Positions 36,601 through 46,837 of a stretch of 46,837 nt of DNA are shown in pieces. The stretch is taken from positions 243,643 through 290,479 of the forward strand of contig JBNGIO010006272.1 of the NCBI GenBank assembly GCA_049999805.1, written 5' to 3'. The notes under the pieces are model-generated. The model ran no database searches. It was not told the DNA's origin and was given only the letters and a program-made list of their open reading frames with translations. How positions within the stretch are numbered: the stretch's first letter is position 1; every line of letters starts with the position of its first letter. The stretch is from Folioceros fuciformis (lineage: Eukaryota). The position numbers and the translations under genes are program-made.

Positions 36601-37406
36601 AAGAAGAAGGCCTTGCTGTACCTGATTCTGTGACATTTGTATGCCTCCTGCAGGCATGTGCAGATGTGGCAGCTTTGCATCTAGGAAGGGAGCTACATGT
36701 AAAGATTCGAGAACAAGGGCTTGAAGGCAATTTGTTTGTAGCCAACAGTTTGGTAAACATGTATGGAAAGTCTGGAAGCATGGCTGATGCACAGACGGTG
36801 TTCGATGGGATGCACATAAGAGATGTGGTTACCTGGAGTGCGCTGATTGCAGGCCACACGTATCAAGGGAACACAGAAATCGTCTTTGACCTGTTCGAGA
36901 AAATGATAGAGGGCGGCATACAGCCAGCCGGTATCACATTTCTTAGCGTACTCACAGCATGCAGTCATGCCGGTCTAGTGAACAAGGGGAGAGAGTACTT
37001 CGACGCCATGAGCAGAGACTACGGAATCCCTCCCACTTTGGAGCACTACACGTGTCTGGTGGATATCTTGGGGCGTGCGGGTCAGCTGGATGAGGCATTT
37101 GCTTTAGCGAGGTCAATGCCTGTACTTCCCAATGCTGCAGTTTGGCATACTCTGCTCGGTGCTTGTCAGAAGTGGAGCAACGTGGAAATCGGACGGCACG
37201 CTTTCGACAAAGCAGTGACGTTGGATAACAAAGATAGCGCCGCATACATGCTCATGTCCAATATATACACCGGTGCTGAGATGTGGGAACAGGCAGAGGA
37301 GATGCAAGCATGCAGAAAGGGAATGAGTGCGTGGAAACAGCCAGGTCAGAGCTGGTGGTCAGACATGGACGGGCTTGTGCACAGTTTCTTGGTCGAAGCA
37401 GGCTGA
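33614..37406 (+). CDS. PLS-class PPR protein with E1/E2, ending just after a PG/WW box (E+-like, no catalytic DYW); one gene spanning an assembly gap
   Basis: Stop-free P-L-S triplets on both sides of the 100-N gap (35489-35588), which falls inside an S motif; P2-L2-S2, E1, E2, then WKQPGQSWWSDMDGLVHSFLVEAG*. The apparent frame change comes from the placeholder gap length. Confidence 0.88.
33701..33753 (+). repeat. 24-bp coding tandem duplication in the PPR N-terminal extension (RALADVPG/RALTDVPG)
   Basis: AGAGCGCTAGCAGATGTTCCAGGA followed by AGAGCGCTAACAGATGTTCCAGGA. Confidence 0.9.
35489..35588. other. 100-N scaffold gap within the PPR repeat array
   Basis: Run of exactly 100 N. Confidence 0.98.
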
Positions 37407-37530
37407 AGCTCCGCCACGAGGAAAGAGACACGAAGAACGTCCTGCAGAGACATTGTGCGAGGGAAAGGAGGGAGATCATTTGCAGGTGCGGGGCAGGAAG
37501 CTGTCTTTGCATGTGCCCTGAATACCACGC
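37407..37530 (+). pseudogene. Eroded DYW-domain remnant downstream of the PPR stop
   Basis: Out-of-frame pieces TKN, CRD and ERREIICR...CMCPEY echo the DYW C-terminus (KNLRxCxDCH...REIIxRD...CSCxDYW). No HxE motif is seen. Confidence 0.55.
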
Positions 37531-38252
37531 CCTACGATTCTCTCCTGCACAATGTGCATTAGTGTGTGTGCTCCTGCAATGAGTTGTACAACGGCCACAT
37601 CCTATGCCGCCCCCTGTGGCTCGCAGAAGCCCCCTTCTTGGATGTGTCATCCACCTTTGCCCGCGCTCTCCTTTCGCAGACGCGAAATTGAACAACCACA
37701 TGTAATGGTGGAGGCTCTACCAACGCGAAAGTAAGTTCGGTTACTTTCGCGACAGAAAGTGGCCTCCCTTATGGCAAATGAAACCAGGCTGTCTCCCCCA
37801 CCAGATTCTTCTATCGAACTTCCTGGTTTCATGGGAGCCAAAGTCATATGCATGAAGAGCCTCGACCAACATTTTACTTGCCCATTGTGGAGCGAGGTCG
37901 CCTACCTGACCTATAGGGTCTCCTAATTACAAAACCTTTTAAACATTTTGTATATGCAGTTAAGTAAACTTTGACCACCGAACAACTCACAATCGTCCGC
38001 CTGAAAATTACAACCCAGATTTTAGAGTTGGCGCCAGCGTAAAATCTCCAAGACGTTTTACACAAGGTAAAGAGCGCGAGAATCGATAAAAAGCCACGCA
38101 AGCCTGCCATCTACTCTATCCTCTGTTACTATTATTTACAACAGCGTCGAAAATAAACCCGACGGTACAGGCCTTGCTCTGTTCTGCGCCCAGACACACT
38201 TTGATCGGTCGGTCAGACGCGCCAGTCAATGGCTACCATTCTTGGCCTAATC

Positions 38253-39889
38253 CTAGAAAGGGTTGAAATGCTCCACATCAGGATGAGGCCCGCGTCCAGG
38301 AGGTGGCCTGCACAGAGATCAATCATAGCAGGCACACCATTAAAGCTTACAAAAAAGAAAAGCTACACCACAGTACAAGCATGGGAAAGGCTAGGGTGTA
38401 TGTCCATACCGAGCGAATCTGTTTGGCTCAAATCCTGGTACTCCAGGTGGCCCATAGGGATCAAACCTCGCTCCAGGGGGTACACCTCTGCAGCCATTGG
38501 CAAAACAAACTATCATTCAACATTGGACTCAGATAAGTTACTTGAAACTTCGTTTTCCTGAACTGGGTCACCCAATGAACAGAGGATAGTAGCATACAGG
38601 CCTCCTCGAAAACCATCGTCGGGACCAATTCTTCCCCATAATGAAGAATTTGGACCTGGTCAAAATGGTTACATGAAGCATTAGTCCCAAGAGAAAAACA
38701 GGAGGTAAACACAGTTATGCGCACACACACTTGATACCTACCAAGTAACATTCCACCGTCATCGAATCCATTCGGATCTCGCCTGCCAAAATAAAACTCA
38801 GGGACCATCAGCGGAGGAAAGTAGTTCGATACTACAGCAGTAACAACTGGAAGTGCACATCGACCGTGTACCTTGGAAAGACTCCTGCCCCCGAGCCTGG
38901 CAACAAATCACTACCCCCATAAGCTGGGATTGGCGGGGTCACGAGTCTGTAAAACCATTGTAAATTAGTGAATGGCAGCTTGCAGCAAAAGAATAAGAAA
39001 AGCTTCACGCCCATGGAGCGATCACTAACCACGTACCCAAATCCGGGTCCAGGTTGCGTAACATCCTCCAAAACAGATCCTGAAGAGGGTCTCCTCGCTT
39101 CCCTAGCTGGTTCCCTTTGTGTAGCCCTAAAACAGCCGGCCCAAAGCTTTAGTTACAGACACAGCCCCAAACTCACTCTTCTCGACACCAGGAAAGCTAC
39201 ATACGATGGTACAGACGGGCCAGAACTCTTTGAGGTCTCGGAGAGTTGCGAGAGAATCTGTGTGTTCACGGAGGCAACAAGGCCATCGATGTTCTTGAAT
39301 TGCTGCTGGTAATTCCCAGCACAAGCGTCCACAGCATACTCTGTAACCCTGCTCACTCAACAACCTGCATGAGCACCGCACCCTAACTGCGTCATGATCT
39401 ACAAAGGGGAAGTAAGAGCAGCGAATAGACTTTTACTTGATCTCCAGATTGTGAGGCAGTGGCGCTTCCGCAGCGTCAGTGTCCAACAGGCGTGCAGCCT
39501 CCACCATGAGCAAGTCCCCCATGCTCACACATCTCACTACAACCGCTCTGGCCAAATTTTTCTGCCCGCCCCCGGCATACCTGAAGGTGTACGCCCCTTC
39601 CATGTCATCCCATCCTTCAATACCGATTTCAGCCTCCTCTGCAACGAACGCAGCAGAAGGAATTTCAGAAACACGCAATTCAACCTCTACAGGATGCCAA
39701 CCACCTCAATTGAGCAAAACCTTGAGGAGCAGCGGATCCAGAGGCCGCGGCCTGGGATCCTACAGCGGTGAGAGAATATCCTGCAGCCAGAAAGGCAGCG
39801 TGCACGGCAAACGCCACCCGCTGATGCGCGTCCTTGAGAGCAGGCCGGGCCGCCCTGATCACTCCCATCACCGCTGCACCCGTCGCCAT
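38253..39889 (-). CDS. PI31: PI31-type proteasome regulator (PTRE1-like), multi-exon
   Basis: MATGAAVMGVIRAARP...VAFAVHAAFLAAGYSL; EIGIEGWDDMEGAYTFRY; NYQQQFKNIDGLV; GGSDLLPG; GGMLLG; PPGARFDPYGPPGVPGFEPNRF; terminal GPHPDVEHFNPF*. Confidence 0.9.
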
Positions 39890-40421
39890 GCTTCGCAAAT
39901 ATGATCTTCCAAAGCTTGCAGTCGACTGCGGGTTCCCCTGCCTGTGAAATCGGCAAACGCACAGACTGTCTCCTGCCCGCTACCTGCTGGCGTCGGCGTC
40001 GGCGTCAGCGTCAGCGTCAGCGTGGGCGTCTAAATTACACGCCGTCAGACTTTGACGACTATTCTAATTCCACGCCGTCAGAGTTTGACGCCTACTCTAT
40101 AAGCTCGTGTTGTATATCGAGGCGCCGATATCACAATGTGACAACAACAGTAAGCCTGAAGAAGCACCAAGCTCAAGAGAGAACTTGGAAGCTTAAAGCC
40201 ATTTTTTAAAACACATCCGTACGCGTCGGTAGTCGATGCGCGGCACCCATGTCTCTGTAGTCTGTATGGCTTTGTTTATGTTGCTTTCTGCTGTAGGTAG
40301 TAAAATCTGAAATATTAGGCTAAAAATAAGAAAAACAACGTTTGGGCGAACAAGTGCGTGCGTTGTGGAAGAGCGTTTGCTTCCTCCGCTGCCCGATCGA
40401 AGCAGAAGGCAAGGTGGCAGC
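39890..40421. promoter_or_regulatory. Short divergent (head-to-head) intergenic region with clustered CGTCA/TGACG motifs
   Basis: 532 bp between the PI31 and beta-tubulin ATGs. CGTCGG/CGTCAG hexamer array at 39991-40030, and two ~29-bp copies (40038-40066, 40071-40099) that each contain CGTCA-N5-TGACG. Confidence 0.5.
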
Positions 40422-42436
40422 ATGAGAGAGATCTTGCACATCCAGGGGGGGCAGTGCGGCAATCAGATTGGGGCAAAGTTCTGGGAAGTGTTGTGCGACG
40501 AGCACGGGATCGATCCTACGGGCACCTACCATGGAGACACGGATTTGCAATTGGAGCGCATCAATGTATTCTTCAATGAGGCGTCGGGGGGCCGCTATGT
40601 GCCCCGGGCAGTGCTCATGGATCTGGAACCCGGCACGATGGACAGCATCCGAGCCGGTGCTTATGGCCAGATCTTCAGGCCAGATAACTTCATCTTTGGC
40701 CAGACGGGGGCTGGAAACAACTGGGCCAAGGGCCACTACACTGAGGGCGCGGAGCTCATAGATTATGTTCTTGATGTGGTGCGCAAGGAGGCCGAGGGTT
40801 GTGATTGCTTGCAAGGTGCTGCGTGTCCCGTGTCCATCTTGCAACTGGAATGAATCAGTTTGATGCAAGCTTGAAGGCTTTGTGACAAGACTGGCATTAT
40901 TAGCACTCACGCTGCCAAGCATGCCAAGAGCTTCCCTGGCAGGGATAACGGAAGGACGTTGCGGCCACGAAGTGGTTCTTACAAGAAAGACGTCTCCGGA
41001 GAGCATGAATTTTGTTGATCATGGCAAAGAGACATTGCATCCCGGCTCCTTAAGCTTGCTCCCACTAAGATGCCATATTGTTGTGTCTTGAAATGTCCGC
41101 ATCATCTTCGAGCTTCGGTATGGTATGCCAAGTTCAGGGCCCTATTCGTCTGTGCTCAAGGTTTGTTTGAATTGTATGCTGCTCGGATCTGTTGTTGGCC
41201 TTAGGGTTGACGGAAAGCGGCACCTGCAGGATTTCAAGTTTGCCATTCTATGGGAGGAGGGACGGGATCTGGCATGGGCACGCTTTTGATATCCAGAATC
41301 CGAGAGGAGTACCCGGACAGGATGATGGTGACCTTTTCAGTGGTGCCCTCTCCAAAGGTGGGAGACCTGCTTGAACAATGTGCCATCTCACGTCAGCTTC
41401 TACAAGTTCGAGGACATGAATGCAATATGTTGATATGCATGTGCAGGTATCTGACACTGTGGTGGAGCCCTACAATGCAACCCTATCCGTGCACCAGCTG
41501 GTGGAGAACGCTGATCAGTGCATGTGCTTGGACAACGAGGCTTTATATGATATCTGCTTCCGAACACTTAAACTGACCACCCCGACATTTGGAGACTTGA
41601 ACCACTTGATTTCTGCCACCATGAGCGGAATCACTTGTTCCTTGCGGTTTCCCGGGCAGCTGAACTCGGATCTGCGGAAACTGGCAGTGAACTTGGTACC
41701 CTTTCCTCGTCTTCACTTTTTCATGATTGGCTTCGCTCCTCTCACTTCCAGGAGCTCCACACCCTACCGTGCAACCACGGTGACTGAGCTGACGCAGCAA
41801 ATGTGGGACTCCAAAAACATGATGTGCGCGGCCGATCCTCGGAATGGCCGCTACTTGACTGCCTCTGCCATGTTCCGGGGCCGAATGTCAACCAAGGAGG
41901 TTAGCTAGTTGCCCGTGGCAGGCATGCATATCCTTTGGCCAAGTCTTGAGGTTACTGCAAGAAAGCTGAATTGGCCCACGGTTGTAGGTGGACGAGCAAA
42001 TGTTGAGTGTACAAAACAAGAATTCGTCTTTCTTCGTGGAATGGATTCCAAACAACGTCAAGAGTTCCGTCTGTGACATTCCCCCGAAAGGCCTGAAGAT
42101 GTCAGCCACCTTCATCGCGAACTCCACTGCAATTCAGGTACTCTTCACTACCCTGTAAGCAAGCTGGCTTTGTTGCACTACATACAGTTGTAGAATCTGA
42201 TTTGTTGTGCGCCGCAGGAAATGTTTAAACGTGTGGACGACCAGTTTTCCGCAATGTTCAAGAGGAAGGCTTTCTTGCACTGGTACATAGGAGAGGGCAT
42301 GGATGAGCTGGAGTTCACAGAGGCGGAGAGCAACCTTCACGATCTGGTGAACGAGTACCAGCAGTACCAAGATGCCACCGTAGACAAGGAGGATCATGGG
42401 GAGCATCGTAGTCGTTCCCACAATGAACAGGCCTAA
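40422..42436 (+). CDS. TUB: Divergent beta-tubulin, 447 aa, 5 exons (40422-40815, 41230-41357, 41447-41899, 41988-42137, 42218-42436)
   Basis: [17 protein letters not shown] start; [38 protein letters not shown]. All four introns are GT-AG and the joins keep frame. Confidence 0.97.
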
Positions 42437-43007
42437 CTGTTGGCAATGGCCCCAGTACTTACGTCCCTGTTCGATGATTCATGCATGCTCGCCAGCAAGG
42501 GCTTTGCACGGCGTTCATGACTCATGAGGAGGAAGCATGACTCTGCCCAAAGGGTAAATGCATTGCCGTGTACCGACCGCCACTCCATTTTTCCTTTTGT
42601 ATAATACTGGTTGTTTAATACGGGCTATAGTCATCAACGAATGCTTGGTTGTGTAAACGCCTGGGCTTGATCTTCCTGAGGTGAGGTAATCGGCAGCTCC
42701 TTGTAGAATCCTTGTAGACACACCAATCTTGTTGGGCCCACAATGGTCCCCGTCGACGCAACACACCTCGAAGCGAGAACTGGGGCGGCGCAGGCCAAGG
42801 CAATGGGGGAGGGTCGACTCGATCGTAACAAGGATAACCACAGGGCAGCTTGAAGGCGTTGTGAACGTCGTGGTGGTTAAGCTCCGCTTGTGCGCGCAAT
42901 GCCCTAAGCTTGGTGCGATGCCTGGAGAGGAACCTTCTCCAGGCCCAGGCCCAAGCCTCGCATTGGATCGACGGCGGCAAGAGGTGTGCTAGTGGCGGTC
43001 GAGAATC

Positions 43008-46000
43008 ATGGAGCAACCCTCAGCCATGGCGCCCCTGGAAGGAGATGGTGACCCCGGCCAGCCTGCTGAGGATTCGCCGGGAACGGTGGACGGGCGGTCG
43101 GCCATGGATTGCGTGGTGAACGTGAGGCAAGCGGACGGCGCTCTGCGAGCATTCAAATTCACGCACAGAACCACCATCTTCGACGCTCTCAGGCATGGAA
43201 TCAGCACGGCGCTGCATGTTCCCCTGAATGCCGTGCACCTCAACTTCGAGGGACTGCTTGAAATCGGTGCCACTGTAGATGAGGACGCATTGCAATTGCA
43301 AGATGGCCAGAGCATGGCTTCTGCCGATGGCGGCGCCGGAGCAGGCCAGTCCAATGCAGACGAAGATGGATCTGGTATGGCTAGAGGGCAAGGCGGGTCA
43401 GGAGATGGTGCCGGACAGGCTGGGAAGGGTGGAGATGGTGGAGCGAAAACCGCACCGGGGACAGGCGGATCTGGAACTGGAGATGGAACTGGAGCTGGGG
43501 CCGGCGCTGGCGCCAATGCTGGAGCGGGCGCCGATGCTGGTGCCGGTGCCGGTGCTGGTGCTGGTGCGGGGGCTGGTGCTGGTGCTGGTGCCGGTGCTGG
43601 TGCGGGTGCTGGCGCCGGTGCTGGTGCGGACGCCGGTGCCGGTGTTGGTGCGGGCGCTGGTGCCGGTGTTGGTGCGGGCGCGGGTGCTGGTGCCGGTGGT
43701 GGCGCGGGTGCAGGGGCCGGCTCCGGCTCAGGCACGGCGGGGAAGGGAAGGGACGGGGATGGAGATACGGATTCGGCAGGGAAGACGACGGGCCGGGAAG
43801 GCACACTAGGGAGCTTGGGCAAAGCAGGAGGAGCTGCAGCGTTTACGTCATCGAGCTCAGGGGCGAGCAGTTCGGGAACAGGAGGAGATTCTTGGCAAGG
43901 AAGCAGGAAAGGCAGCGGTCGCGGTCGGAAATCTTCCCCCCGATTTGCCCTAGGCGGGGATGGCCCAGTAGGAGGGCAAGGTGTGGACGGCAAGGCGGGA
44001 GGGGCCGGTTCAGGGACGGGCTCCAGCAAGGAATCGTCTCCCGGTAGAGATGCGGCATTGAGGGATCTCAAGCAGCAGCTCACATCCATGCAGGAACCCG
44101 GGGGACAGGCGGGCGACGAAGACCCGCAGAGGATACCGAAACTGGGACTCCGGTCCCGGAGGAGCTCTGCCTTGTATCCAGCCGAGTCCGCCCTCGGGCA
44201 GAAAAACTTCGTGGGAGAGCACGACAAGCTGGCGTGCGTGGTGGAGATTGCAGCTGTGGGAGACGACGGGGGCCAGGGGAAGACGATTCAGTTCGTGCAC
44301 AGGGGCTCCATCAGCGATGCGCTCATGCAGGGGCTCAGCGCAGCTCTGGAGGTGCCCAAGGAACACATCTCGCTCAAATTCGACGGGGAATCTGCCCATA
44401 GCTCGGACGACGGCAGGAGTGACAGGGAAGGTCTCAGCCGCACTGGATCGTCAGGATCCTCAGGCGGGAGCCTGAGACCTCGCTCCTCCAAGGCCCACGG
44501 CGGTGGGAGCTTGGATGGAATGGATGATGATCTGCGGCTTGAAACCGGCCAGGAGTGGCAGAACGCGAATTCAGATTCGGACGGGGAGGGTAACTGGCAG
44601 GCGCTGAAAGAGGAGAACCATCTCAATTGGCTCTGGTCTCTGGGATCTATGGACAACCCGGAATACATCAGAGTTGTGTTTCGACTCGCTAGGGACAAGG
44701 AACACGAGTATGTTACCGCAGACTTCGCACCCCTTCCAAAATACATGCTGGATGATCGCCGGCCCGAGCATTACGCTCCTGGCGGCCCCTTCTCGAAGGT
44801 GGGGGATGGCCACTTTGGTGCACCATATGGAGAATCGCAACTTACAATATTTGAATACTTGCAAAAAGCTAAGGCGGGGAAACTGGAGAAAAAGCTGTGT
44901 GACAGAACCACAGCCACCGGAATCTCCAGAAAGGAATTCAGACGGCCACTGAGTCCGATCCCAACACCTGAGCCCGATGGGAAGGTGACGGAGTTGATAG
45001 TGCGCATAGCTAAGGGCGGAGGTGAGATGGTTGCACGGCGGGTGAACATTGATAGACAAGAAGAAGGGCCCATCAAATATCTCGGAGGCTACAAGGATAA
45101 GCGGAACGGTGAGTTGCAAGCACTTTTCACTAAAAGTATTGAAGATGTTATAATTGGATGGGTATCCTTGAGAAAGCCTGCATAATGTTTTGTTGTTTGC
45201 AGTACTATGTTCAAACACTAATAGAATATTGGGGAGGCAGGCGCCATATATTTGAATAGAGAGCAGCAAACTCGTGATGAAAAGGAGAAGCCTGCTCTTG
45301 TGAAGAAGGCCACCCGTGCAACACAAAAGTCAGAGGTGAAGGGAAACTTTCAAAACACAATTCGAGAAGCTCATACACAAATGGACAGGCGAGATGTGAT
45401 GATGAATCATTGCTTTGATGCTGTGAAAGTTCCGGGTCCCTATAAAGATTCAGTATGGTGGGAATGGAATCGAAATCAAGCTGCAGTTATCATCCAACGC
45501 CACACACGGAGAATGATTGCAAAACACTTGGCAGCTCAAATGCGAAAACATAGAGAAGAAATGAAAAAGGTACCTGAACATTCATTTGGAACAAGAATCT
45601 TTTGAAGCTTTGAGCTATATTTTATTTGTTGATTAAATTTGTTGTTTGCAATGAAATTTTTTTAAGTTCTTTGTAGAGCAAGAAAGGTTAGAAAGAGAAG
45701 ATGCAAAAGCTACATTACGTTATGAGATACAACGGAGAATGCATCCAGAGACTATTGCAGACTTTGACATTTTGTACTCTGAACTTGAAGCTTGGCGTTA
45801 TCAAGTAGGAAAATTTGACCTCAGTAAGTTGGATATAGTTTGATGTACAACTAAGTTTATGGCATCCCTATCAACAGGAAACCAAGAAGATACATGCCAT
45901 GAATCTCGGTAAAGAAGAGCATATAAAAGCCCTTCAAGATTTGTTGTACAAAGTAAGTATCACATAAATTCAAATCAAAACTTTCAGGTGCCTACCAAGA

Positions 46001-46782
46001 AGATAAACCTTCCCACTAAGCTAACCACTAACCCATGAATATGCAGGAAACCAAACTTTTGCAGAAAATCACAAAAATGAAAAGAGCTGCAAATGAGAAA
46101 ATTAATCAAGATGTAATTGCTAAGAAAATGACAAAGATGAGTACCCCTAAAGTATGGGAGCTCGTTAATGGGGCAGTGGTACACGTGACCACTCCAAAGA
46201 CAGCTCGAGCTTCTGATCTAATGCATGTAAGAAAGAGTATCTCTTTTCCAAACTAGGTTAAGCTAAAGTTGTATAAAGTCATTAACTTAATACTGAATTG
46301 ATACAAATAATAACAATCTCTTCAATGAAATACAGCTATATTTTGCGTTAGCGAAGGATGCAACCTCTATTGATGAACGCATGGGTGTGCTTGGATATAT
46401 AAAGTGGACAGTGCAAGAATATGATACTGCTCTATGTAAAGAAATTTTAGCTCTCATTGAACGAGAAGCTGATTTTATGTATAGGGGACGACCCATAAAA
46501 TCTATAACTGGACTACGACAACGCATTTTGAACTTGTTTTTGATGGTATCGTTAAGGATATTGTACATGATCTTGTTGCATTTTAATTTAATTCTTATAG
46601 GCTAATAAATTCTATTATATTAATTTACGATGTGTTTGATGATGATGCAGTTTACAGAAACTCCAGCATTCAATCCTGAAGCTGTGATGTATGAATACAT
46701 ACATGCTGACTTTGATGGCGCAAACATGCAGTCCCCCACAAGAAGAACAAAGCCAGATCTTGTCCAAGTAAAAGCAATGTGA
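43008..46782 (+). CDS. IQUB: IQ and ubiquitin-like domain-containing axonemal protein (IQUB/FAP253-like), ~1054 aa, 7 exons (43008-45108, 45241-45569, 45667-45804, 45878-45952, 46047-46226, 46336-46545, 46651-46782)
   Basis: KYLGGYKDKRNGAIYLNREQQT; IQ motif AAVIIQRHTRRMIAK; RRMHPETIADFDILYSELEAWR; KETKLLQKI; DERMGVLGYIKWTV...EILALIEREAD...GLRQRILNLF; FTETPAFNPEA. The GT-AG joins keep frame; the start codon is inferred. Confidence 0.88.
43491..43733 (+). repeat. Coding hexamer repeat encoding ~80 aa of (Gly-Ala)n
   Basis: GGTGCT/GGTGCC/GGCGCT/GGTGCG units within IQUB exon 1. Confidence 0.95.
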
Positions 46783-46837
46783 TTGTTTTCATATTTGTAT
46801 CAACACATATACAAGACATAACATGTATAGAATGAGT

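Noticed and set aside
26652..37406. mTERF plus PPR genes as a functional organelle-expression cluster
   Set aside because: Both families are large and dispersed, and an unrelated glycosyltransferase lies between them, so chance adjacency is sufficient.
42989..44227. 412-aa minus-strand Pro-Ala-repeat ORF (and the His/Gln-rich frame 43381-43806)
   Set aside because: These are antisense shadows of the GC-rich Gly-Ala repeat. The plus strand is continuous with conserved IQUB motifs.

Overview
Eukaryotic nuclear DNA from a land plant with flagellated sperm. The highly repetitive PLS-class PPR genes with a PGxSWW box, the short introns and the axonemal IQUB gene point to a non-seed plant, most likely a hornwort (inference). 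From left to right: (1) the 5' end of a minus-strand type II membrane protein gene; (2) a full-length but decayed pogo-like DD37D DNA transposon with TIRs and a TA target duplication; (3) an intronless SPT2 histone-chaperone gene containing an in-frame 36-nt poly(A); (4) two PPR pseudogenes; (5) a ~14 kb retroelement nest holding a Copia remnant, a chromovirus remnant, a Tnt1-like Copia bounded by two INVERTED 5' LTR+PBS units, and a younger nested Copia with 207-bp LTRs, a TGCTT TSD, a PBS-occluding hairpin and extra ORFs; (6) mTERF; (7) an O-fucosyltransferase-family gene; (8) a long PLS-E PPR gene that stops after the PG/WW box with an eroded DYW remnant downstream; (9) PI31/PTRE1; (10) a divergent beta-tubulin with an altered M-loop, a weakly acidic tail and non-canonical introns; (11) IQUB with a duplicated ubiquitin-like module and a silk-like (GA)n linker. 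Two N gaps are assembly artefacts. All calls rest on motif recognition by eye; no database searches were run.
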